Below, one piece after another: positions 34,222 to 44,900 of a DNA stretch of 64,000 nucleotides. Origin of the DNA: Phyllobates terribilis. Taxonomy: Eukaryota. How positions within the stretch are numbered: the stretch's first letter is position 1; each line of letters opens with the position of its first letter. The position numbers and the translations under genes were made by a program. The notes under the pieces were generated by a model. It saw only the letters and a program-made list of their open reading frames with translations, was not told the DNA's origin and searched no databases. The stretch spans positions 410,440,001-410,504,000 of the forward strand of contig NW_027362769.1 of the NCBI RefSeq assembly GCF_046119375.1, written 5' to 3'.

Positions 34222-35172
34222 ATGGAACCCGGTGGCACCCAAGCTCCCTCGCTCTCGGACCTTTGTCATGAACTGTCCCGACAGAGGTCCCAACAGGAGT
34301 CCATCCTGGGTCACCTGCGGAATGTCAATTCTCGCCTGGACACATTGACTGCTCCGCTAGCAACCACCGCTAGTGTCATGACTCGCAGCCTGGCTGCTCC
34401 GCTGTCCGCCAATACCATAGTATCCTGCTCCAGAACCCGGCTTTCTGCATCTCCTCGCTTCGGAGGCGACTCCGCTCAAGCTCGGGGCTTCATTAACCAG
34501 TGCACCCTGCACTTTGAACTCCTGCCCCACCAGTTTAATTCCGACCGGGCCAAGGTAGCCTTCATCATGTCCCATCTCACGGGGGAGGCACTGGCTTGGC
34601 TAAATCCTCTATGGGAGAGAGGAGATCCCCTGGTGTCCGACCTGCCAGCCTTTCTCACGGCTTTCCGGAAGGTCTTCGACGAACCCGGACGGAAGACCTC
34701 ATCAGCCTCATCTCTGCTACGCCTCCGCCAAGGGAGTCTCACCGTGGGCCAATATGCCATACGGTTCCGTACCCTTGCTTCGGAGCTGGCCTGGGATAAC
34801 AACGCCCTGGTGTCCGTCTTCTGGGAGGGTCTGTCCGGCCGTATTAAAGATGAACTCGCCGGTCGGGACATTCCTACCACTCTCGACGACTTAATTACAC
34901 TTGCCACCCGGATTGACATCCGGTTCCAGGAGCGCGCCAGGGAGGTCACCCGTGAGAGGAGGTTTCCACGTCTAGCCCCTACCTTCCAGAGACCCGTCAC
35001 TCCCTCTGTTACTCCCCAGGCACACTCACCTGAGCCTATGCAGGTCGACCAGACCAAGATGGTCAAGACCCGTCAAGACTTACGTCGTGCCGAGGGGAGC
35101 TGTTCCTACTGTGGCAGTAAGGAGCACCGGATCCGTTCCTGCCCAGAGAGGTCGGGAAATGCCTGTGTCTAG
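34222..35172 (+). CDS. Sushi-type Gag (coiled-coil, capsid, CCHC knuckle CSYCGSKEHRIRSC)
   Basis: ATG 34222 directly after the priming site; Retrotrans_gag-type motifs; open to TAG 35172. Confidence 0.92.
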   Translation: MEPGGTQAPSLSDLCHELSRQRSQQESILGHLRNVNSRLDTLTAPLATTASVMTRSLAAPLSANTIVSCSRTRLSASPRFGGDSAQARGFINQCTLHFELLPHQFNSDRAKVAFIMSHLTGEALAWLNPLWERGDPLVSDLPAFLTAFRKVFDEPGRKTSSASSLLRLRQGSLTVGQYAIRFRTLASELAWDNNALVSVFWEGLSGRIKDELAGRDIPTTLDDLITLATRIDIRFQERAREVTRERRFPRLAPTFQRPVTPSVTPQAHSPEPMQVDQTKMVKTRQDLRRAEGSCSYCGSKEHRIRSCPERSGNACV

Positions 35173-37009
35173 GATCGCTCAGAGAGGTCGCCCTAGACAA
35201 AAGTAAACCCTCTCCATCCCTGATGCTGTCTGTTTCTATCTTCTGCGGAGAGAACCGCTATTTTGAACAGGCTCAACTTGACTCAGGAGCTGCTGGAAAT
35301 CTCATCTCTCAATCCCTGGTAGAAAAATACCGCATTCCCACCAAACCTCTGGCCGTACCTTTATCTGTCGCCGCCGTGGATGGGGGCCTCTTACCACATC
35401 CCATCCAACTCATCACCGAATCTCTGACTCTACAGGTGGGAATGCTGCATTCTGAGAGCATCTCCTTTCATGTTCTGCCTGGACTCTCTCACGCACTATT
35501 GCTTGGCCTGCCTTGGCTCCAGAAACATGTGTGACACCCCAGGGGTCTGGTTGCCACAGTAATAGAGATATTATGTCTGAGAGCAAGTGGGAGGTTTCTC
35601 TGGTCAGGATCCCTAAGCATGCAACACGGTCCGCCCAGACCTGGGAGGGGAGGAATCTGCCCTTTTAAACTGGGTCTGGGGCGGGATTAGAGCAGTCAGA
35701 GTCTGGAGAGGGAAAGTGAGATCAGGAGCTCTGTAGGAGCAGTAGCAGAAGTCCAGGGGCTGGAGCTGAGCAGAGTTCGCCCTGGACGAAGATACTAAAG
35801 CCGGACACAGGAGTCCGAGGCTGTGGGGACTGATATACACCCAGCAGCAGAGACCAGCCGGCAGGGGATTCCAGGTCCTCTGGCCATAGAAGCCCGGAGG
35901 CTCAGTCACAGAGAAGGGACCAGCGCCGCCATCCAGGAGCGGAGGCTAACAGAAGGCCCCAAGTCACCAGCCATACGGGTGAGCACCACACGGTATACTC
36001 AGGGACGTGGGCTACTTGTAACCGCTGACAGCAAGGTAGCCAGAAAGAGTGCCGATAAACGGGGAGGCCTACAACTCCACCTGGCCAGGGGAACTCCTGC
36101 TTGCTCGCAGACTGACCAGGCCCCTTATACTAGCCAGTACTCCCGGGAGGGTCTGCCTTGTACTATCAGTAAAGACCCTGAACTGCACCACCCGTCTCTG
36201 TGATTCCTTGCCGCACCAGCACCATTAGTACTGGGACGCTCACACCATCACTCCCATCATCTTCCACCTTAGCTGCCCTGAGGCAATACTCCTCCCGTGG
36301 GGAGTCATCCCATACTCAGCTGCGCAAACAACATCAGCCTCAGCGGTCTGCAGCACAGCGGCGTTCCCCACTGACCGCAATCCACGGGTGGTGTAGTCGG
36401 ACACTTATTACCATACAAATAGACTGCCACTGGTTTGACCACCCTGGGCACGGACCGGGTCACCGCCACGGAGGACTACAACCCCCAGCGATCCGGCTCC
36501 GGGTATCCCCCTGCACAGCACAGGCTCAGGGGGCGCGTCAACTTTGGCGTAGTCGGCAGGATTTCGTGCCCGCAACCACCGGGTACTGCGTGCCTGAAAA
36601 AGACTTTTGAACTTACCTGTGGTGAAGTTTCCCGCCGTCCGGAGTCGTTTCCCGCCATCCGGAGTCGTTTCCCGCCGTCCGGAGTCGTTTCCCGCCATCA
36701 GACGCCATCTTGGACCGTTTCCCGCCGTCTTCTGCCTTCTTCCCGCCATCCGCAGCTGCTTCCCGCCTTCGCACGCCATCTTCGGGACGCCGCACAGGAA
36801 GAAGAGGGGTGTGGACGCCGAAAGCGCGCGAGATCCGAAGCTCCGCCGCACGCTCTGACGCTGCGCAAGGTCCTGGAAGGGAGGAAGAGCGACGCTGACG
36901 TCATCGGAGCGCGACGCCAGGTCCTCAACCCCGACGATCGACTGCGGAGCCGCGGCCTACGGAAGAAGAGCATCGCAAGGTAGGCCACGGTCCACTAGGG
37001 GGGAGGAGG

Positions 37010-37992
37010 ATGCCGGACACCGAGGGGAGCTCCACTGCCACAGCCACCGCCAGCGCAACCGCTGCAACAGTCATGCCATTCACCATGCCCTATATCCCGG
37101 GGGCAGCCTGGCTACCCCAGTACTCAGGGGAGTCACATACCCTAAATGACTTTAGAGAAAGACTGGATAGCCTCTTCCAGGTGTACCCCCTCACAGAAGA
37201 GCAAAAAGTGAGCATCCTGGTGGCCCAATTAATCGGGGCAGCCCAAAGGGAGGTAAAGTCCTGGCCACCTGGGAGGAAGAGGACTGTCAGAGACATACTA
37301 ACCCGGCTGAAAGACACATTTGACACCCGCACCTCAGCCGAAATAAAACTAAGATTTTATGGGTGCAAACAACGGGCACATGAGAGTATAAGAGACTATG
37401 CGCTAAACCTACAAGAGGCCCTGAAAGCCATTAAGCAGGCAGACCCTGACAGCGTGGGAAATGAAGATAAGCTGTTGACTGAACAATTTATGGAGGGTCT
37501 ACTGTGCAATGCCCACCGAACACATTTGCGGGCAATGGCCTTACAGGACCCTGACCTGGACTTTGCACAGTTCAAGGACAGAGCCATCCGGGTGCTCCGA
37601 GAACCGGCACCAGGTGGCGCTGTGACCCACAGGCGCCCTGCTATCACTTACCACCAGGAGACGGCGCCCTTGTCTGCAGGGCCTGTGGGAGCTGATGCGC
37701 AGGCTTTAAACAGTGACCCGGCTACAGACCTGCACCATCAGGTCCAAGAGCTGACTAAGAGCGTTGCCGCGCTAACCAGAACTGTGCAGTCTTTACAGGT
37801 CTCTTCTCCAGGAAAGATCCAGCTGGCCTCCGGACCGGAGGATGTCCCGTGGCGCCGACTGAGGAGGACCCACCGGCCAGAGGAAGACCCAGCGACAGAT
37901 ACAACGAGGAAGGACGACCCATCTGCCGCCGCTGCAATCAACCTGGACATGTGGCAAGGTACTGTCATTTAAACGGGCACAACCTGGGGTAG
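37010..37992 (+). pseudogene. Gag of the nested element (1-bp frameshift before the CCHC knuckle)
   Basis: ORF 37010..37972; CRRCNQPGHVARYC lies in another frame from ~37870. Confidence 0.85.
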
Positions 37993-40900
37993 AGGGCCAA
38001 CCCCCAGGCATAAGACCATCAGGCCCATCAAACTGGCGTGATAAATACGTAGGGGGACGTCCAATCTTGCCTGTGGTACTGGATGGCATTCCTATGAGTG
38101 CCCTACTAGACACCGGGTCACAGGTCACCACCATCCCGTACATGCTCTTCAAGCAGTACTGGAATGACTCGGACATAACCCGCTACCCAGATGATGACCT
38201 GAGTATCATCGCCAGCAATGGTCAGCCCGTGCCGCAGGTGGGATTCAAAGAGGTGACCATTAAGATCGGTAAAGTCGAACTGGCGGCACAAGGACTGATT
38301 ATAGTGGACATAGACCGTCATGAGAGTCACCCTAGAATAACCTTGGGAACTAATGTGATTGAAAATTGTCTTGCAGAGGTGATTCTCATTTTACAGCAGG
38401 TTGCCAAGAACGCCAGTTCCGGCCAGCAGCGTGTGCTCCAAAAAGAGATCCGGGCACTGATGAAGCGGCAACAGGTGGAACTATCTGGTGGTGAGATAGG
38501 TAGCGTGAGAATGTGTGACCCGTTCCCTATTGCCATGCCCCCAAAAAGTGAGATGATGATTTGGTGCCGGGCAGCTATTGGTCTAAGAGGTAGAGACTAC
38601 CAAGCAATGGTAGAACCCGTCTACTCAGACAGTAGGCCCACCATTTTGACAGCACGGGGGGTGGTCGATGTACGCCATGGGAGGGTGCCCGTTCGCATCA
38701 TAAATATCGGGGAGAGAGAAGTATACCTGCCCCGGTATGCCACGCTAGCCAAATTGTTCACCATAAACCAGAATTCTGTACAGGCCGTGGAACCCTTGCC
38801 TCCATCTCAACCAGAGGAAGGTAACGGCTCTAAGAAACCAATGGAGGACTGGTGTCAGCAACTGCATTTGGGTACTGACTCCACTCCCTCACACCAGAAA
38901 CAGGGAGTCTATCGGGTGGTTCGAGGGTACGAGAGAGTGTTTAGTAAACACCCGCTAGACTTCGGGTGAGTAAAGGGGGTAGAACACCACATCCCCACGG
39001 GAGACCATCCTCCCATAAAGGAGAGATACCGACCCGTACCCCCGGCACACTACCAACACGCCAAGGGGATGCTTAGAGACATGAAGGAGGCTGGGGTAAC
39101 CAGGGACAGCTGTAGCCCCTGGGCAGCTCCACTAGTCTTAGTGAAAAAGAAAGACAACACCATGAGAATGTGTGTAGATTACAGGAAGGTCAACCGTATC
39201 ACACACAAAGATGCGTACCCGTTACCAAGGATAGAAGAGTCCTTAGCTGCCTTAAAATCTGCTAACTTCTTCTCTACTTTGGATCTCACTAGCGGGTACT
39301 GGCAGGTTCCTGTAGCAGAGGCGGACCGGGAGAAGACCGCATTCACCACCCCGATGGGTCTCAGCGAATTTAACTGTATGCCGTTCGGGCTCTGCAACAC
39401 ACCAGGAACCTTCCAACGGTTGATGGAATGCTGTCTGGGACACCGGAACTTCCAGACGGTCCTGTTATACCTGGACGATGTCATCGTCTATTCCAAGACC
39501 TACGAGGACCACCTGAAACACCTGGCAGAAGTGTTCGAAGCTCTGGCAAACTACGGCCTAAAGGTGAAACCCTCCAAGTGTCACCTCCTGAAACCAAAGG
39601 TGCAATACCTGGGACACGTGGTGAGTGCTGACGGAGTGGCTCCCGACCCTGATAAGATCACTGTGATTAAGGAATGGCCAAGACCCTCCAGCATAAAGGA
39701 AGTGCGGCAGTTCCTCGGGTTGGTAGGCTACTACCGAAGATTCATTCCCGGTTTCACCAAAATGGCAGCCCCTATGCAGAACCTCCTGATAGGTCAATCT
39801 CGGAAAGCCAAAAACCAGAAGCCGCCCTTTAGGTGGGAAAAGCTGGAAGAGGAGTCCTTCTGCCAGCTGAAGATGGCCCTCACGGGGGATGAAATCCTGG
39901 CATATCCAGACTACAGCCAGCCCTTTATCCTCCACACGGACGCAAGCAACATCGGGCTAGGAGCCGTACTGTCCCAGATCCAGCAAGAGAAAGAACGGGT
40001 AATCGCTTACGCCAGCCGAAAGCTACGGCCCACGGAGAGGAACCCTGAGAATTATAGCTCATTCAAGCTGGAGTTCCTGGCAGTAGTGTGGGCAGTGACC
40101 GAACGTTTCAAGCATTACCTTGCCTCCTCCAAATTCACCGTGTACACGGATAACAACCCGTTGACACACCTGGACACTGCAAGGCTCGGTGCCCTGGAAC
40201 AGAGATGGATGGCCCGCCTGTCCAACTTTGAATTCACCATCAAATACCGGGCAGGGCGCTCGAATGCCAACGCGGATGCCCTGTCTAGAATGCCGAACTT
40301 ACCGGACGTGGGGGAAGATCCAGAAGATCTGGAAGAAGTTGAGCTCCCTGCGTTCCACCGTCATGGGATTACCCTGTATTCCCACCGTGTGAAGGACAGG
40401 CGCTCCGTGACGTTCAATCCCTTGCCCCACTACAACTGGGCGGAGACGCAAGACAGTGATCCCGCAGTCCATTTGGTGAAGGAAATGCTGACCCAGGCCG
40501 ATGCCCGTCTTGACCCAGATGCTCCGGAGGAGACCAAGCAACTGTGGAAGGAGAAAAGTAAGCTGTTCCTCTACAGGGAGAAGCTGTGCCGGAGAATGGT
40601 TAACTCTCGAACGCATGAGTTGACCTGGCAGGTAGTGGTCCCAAGACGAGACGCGGCTATGGTTCTGGAGGCATACCACAACGGAGCAGGGCATTTCGGA
40701 TGGAAGAAGCTGGAGTTCTTGTTGCGTGAACGTTTCTACTGGGTAGGCATGAGAGGAGCCATCGAGAGGTGGTGCAGAGACTGTGGCCCGTGCCACCTGA
40801 GAAGAAAGGACCGTGCCAGCCAGAAGACTCCCTTGCAGCCCATCATCACCAGACAGCCACTGGAACTGGTAGCCCTGGACCATGTGAAACTGGCTCCAAG

Positions 40901-41987
40901 CAGATCTGGCTATGTCTACGCCCTCACAATCGTAGATCATTACTCCCGGTTCCTGGTGGTGGTCCCGGTCAAGGACTTAACGGCTCAAACAGCAGCTAGA
41001 GCCTTCCAGCAGCACTTCTGCCATCCACATGGTTACCCGGACCAAGTGTTGACAGACCAAGGACCAGCCTTCGAAGCGGAGGTCTTCCAGGAGTTCTGCA
41101 ACCTGTATGGCTGCAAGAAGATAAGAACAACGCCCTATCACCCTCAAACCAATGGACTCTGCGAGAAGATGAACCAGGTGGTGATAGATCTGCTAAAAAC
41201 ACTGCCCCTGGAAGAACGCAGTCTGTGGCCTGAGAAACTGTCCGATCTGGTGGACCTGTATAACCACATCCCTGTAGGTTCCACCAACTGTACCCCGGCT
41301 TACCTAATGAGAGCAAGACCTGGTAAGCTGCCTATTGACCTGGATATGGGAGTCCTGACGCCTGAGGACACCTCGCCAGAGGCAGACTGGGATACAGAAC
41401 GGCAGCAGCAGTATCGGAAAGTACAGGAGAGCGTCGAGCGAAGTCTGTCTCAAGCTAGAGAAAGGCAAGAGACTGCCATCAAGCCATGAGAACCCAAAAA
41501 TCTGCGTAATCAGTAAGGATGGAGGAGAAACCACAGCCATTGTCTCCAGAGACCACCTGAAGAAGTGTCCCGAGCAGCTGCAAAGCCCTGAAGAAGATCA
41601 AGAAAATCCTCAACCCGCAGAGGAAAGGGAAGAAATGATCAGTACCGTACTCGGAGACTTCCCCCGGTCTTGGACACAAGTAACGGCGCTGTCGTAGTAC
41701 CCGTCCTCACCTTTCTCCAGCCAGCCCCGCAAGTACCTACAGAGGAACCGGTAGAGCTGGAAGAGCAGCCGGCCCAAGAGGCAGAAGAGTCCACACCAGC
41801 AGTACAGGAGGATCAACCCTCTGCTAGTAGTGAGCCTGCTGTGCCCCTAGTGAGCCAAAGAGTGCGCAGAAAGCTGCCCAGCTTACCCATAACACCTCCT
41901 ACACCCTGTAGTGCAGAACCAGTTAGTGAGCTCCGTAGGTCCACTAGAGTCACTAGAGGTCAGATGCCCGCTCGCTGGAGAATCTAA
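37968..41987 (+). pseudogene. Pol of the nested element (PR-RT-RH-IN); premature TGA at 38967-69 and deletion in the IN C-terminus
   Basis: LLDTGS, YLDD, TDAS, HHCC, ALDHV / LTDQG / LCEKMN; ORFs 38067.. and 39069.. are in the same frame. Confidence 0.92.
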
Positions 41988-44900
41988 ACCAATGCACTGT
42001 AAAGTTGACTGTTTATTGAAAAATGTTTATGGTTTTTGTTTGTTGCCTGTTACTAATTATGTTTCTCAGTTACCCTGCAGATTTATTTGGACTAACAGGT
42101 TATGGACACTGGATAACCGGAACAGTTTTGTAGATAGTTGCACCTTGGTGCCTCTTGCGAAGACGGCCGCGGAAGAGAAAACTTGTCTAGCGTGGCCTCC
42201 TTGCGGCCCAAAGTAGTTAGTCCAACCTTGCAGCCACGCCCAAGGACAACGCAAGGGGTTTGCTTTGGACAGGTCCCCTATTCTGTGCCAAGACTTCGCC
42301 TTGTTGGGTGATATGGACACCCGGTCACGGAAATGCCGTGACCTCTACAGACTAAAGCTTCTTGTAAATATGTTGTCTTGTTATTGTTATACCTTGTATT
42401 TATGTTTCTTCAAAAATGTGTTTAGTCCCGGAGTACTAAAATTTACTAGGGGGGAATGTGACACCCCAGGGGTCTGGTTGCCACAGTAATAGAGATATTA
42501 TGTCTGAGAGCAAGTGGGAGGTTTCTCTGGTCAGGATCCCTAAGCATGCAACACGGTCCGCCCAGACCTTGGAGGGGAGGAATCTGCCCTTTTAAACTGG
42601 GTCTGGGGCGGGATTAGAGCAGTCAGGAGAGGGAAAGTAAGATCAGGAGCTCTGTAGGAGCAGTAGCAGAAGTCCAGGGGCTGGAGCTGAGCAGAGTTCG
42701 CCCTGGACGAAGATACTAAAGCCGGACACAGGAGTCCGAGGCTGTGGGGACTGATATACACCCAGCAGCAGAGACCAGCCGGCAGGGGGTTCCAGGTCCT
42801 CTGGCCATAGAAGCCCGGAGGCTCAGTCACAGAGAAGGGACCAGCGCCGCCATCCAGGAGCGGAGGCTAACAGAAGGCCCCAAGTCACCAGCCATACGGG
42901 TGAGCACCACACGGTATACTCAGGGACGTGGGCTACTTGTAACCGCTGACAGCAAGGTAGCCAGGAAGAGTGCAGATAAACGGGGAGGCCTACAACTCCA
43001 CCTGGCCAGGGGAACTCCTGCTTGCTCGCCGACTGACCAGGCCCCTTATACTAGCCAGTACTCCCGGGAGGGTCTGCCTTGTACCATCAGTAAAGACCCT
43101 GAACTGCACCACCCGTCTCTGTGATTCCTTGCCGCACCAGCACCATTAGTACTGGGACGCTCACACCATCACTCCCATCATCTTCCACCTTAGCTGCCCT
43201 GAGGCAATACTCCTCCCGTGGGGAGTCATCCCATACTCAGCTGCGCAAACAACATCAGCCTCAGCGGTCTGCAGCGCAGCGGCGGTCCCCACTGACCGCA
43301 ATCCACGGGTGGCGTAGTCGGACACTTATTACCATACAAATAGACTGCCACTGGTTTGACCACCCTGGGCACGGACCGGGTCACCGCCACGGAGGACTAC
43401 AACCCCCAGCGATCCGGCTCCGGGTATCCCCCTGCACATCACATGCACCCGTGCTTGACTGGCAGACCGGAGAAGTCCTTCGCTGGGGACAGGACTGCCA
43501 TAAGACTTGTCTAGTTCCCGTTCGTCCTGCCCGTCCTTCTCCTACCCCAGCCAATCTGCCCGGTCTTCCGGTTCCCTATTGGTCTTATGCGGATGTCTTC
43601 AATAAAAAAGAGGCAGAGACTTTACCTCCTCATAGACCATACGACTGCCCAATCGACCTGATGCCCAGCTCTACTCCTCCCCGTGGGCGAATCTATCCTT
43701 TGTCCGCTGCAGAGACCCAGTCCATGTCTGAATATATTGAGGAGAACCTGGCCCGGGGATTTATCCGGAAATCTACCTCTCCGGCGGGAGCAGGCTTCTT
43801 CTTTGTCAAAAAGAAGGACGGCTCACTCCGTCCATGTATAGACTATAGAGGCCTAAACCAGATTACTGTGAAGAATAAATACCCCCTTCCGCTCATTCCT
43901 GAATTATTTGACCGTCTGAGGGGGGCTAGAATCTTCACCAAACTGGACCTCCGTGGGGCGTATAACCTGGTCCGTATCCGTCAGGGGGATGAGTGGAAGA
44001 CGGCATTCAACACCCGGGACGGCCACTATGAGTACCTTGTGATGCCCTTCGGTCTCTGTAACGCTCCTGCCATCTTTCAAGAGTTGGTCAATGACATCTT
44101 CCGTGATCTTCTCTACTCCTGCGTGGTGGTGTACCTGGACGACATCTTGGTCTTCTCTCCGGATCTTCCTACTCACCGGAGGGACGTTCGTCAGGTCCTG
44201 CTCAGGCTCAGGCAGAACCACCTCTACGCTAAATATGAGAAGTGCATCTTTGAGCAGACCTCTCTTCCATTTCTGGGCTACATAATCTCTCAGACAGGTC
44301 TACAAATGGATCCTGAGAAACTGTCTGCCATCCAAAAGTGGCCCCGACCAGAGGGGTTGAAGGCTATTCAGCGGTTCCTGGGCTTCGCCAACTATTACCG
44401 CCTGTTCATACCGCACTTCTCTTCCCGGACCGCCCCTATCTCTGCGCTCACCCGTAAAGGTACGAACCCCAGAGAATGGACACCCGAAGCAGAGGAGGCC
44501 TTTCTTTCCTAAAAAACAGGCCTTCCTCTCCGCCTCAGTGCTGCATCGTCCGGACGGCAACAAACAATTCTTCCTAGAAGTTGACGCCTCCTCCTCCGGA
44601 GCTGGGGCGGTACTTACCCAAAAGTCATCTTCCGGAAGAAAGGTAACCTGCGGCTTTTTCTCCAAACTTTTCTCCTCTTCTGAGCGCAGCTATTCTATAG
44701 GTGACCGAGAATTGTTGGCCATTAAGATGGCACTGGAGGAGTGGTGTTACCTGCTTGAGGGGGCTCTCCACCCGGTAATAATTTACACTGACCACAAGAA
44801 CTTGGCATATCTCCAGAGCGCCCAGAGACTTAACCCGCGCCAAGCCCGGTGGTCTTTGTTTTTTGCCCGCTTTGATTTCATTCTTCATTTTCGTCCGGCT

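Larger units (their letters stand above)
35530..43441 (+). mobile_element. tRNA-Ser-primed Gypsy element nested in the protease of the sushi element
   Basis: LTRs 35530-~36543 and 42457-43441; 4-bp TSD CATG (35526-29 / 43442-45); PBS 36545-36563; PPT AGGGGGGAA 42448-42456. Confidence 0.95.
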
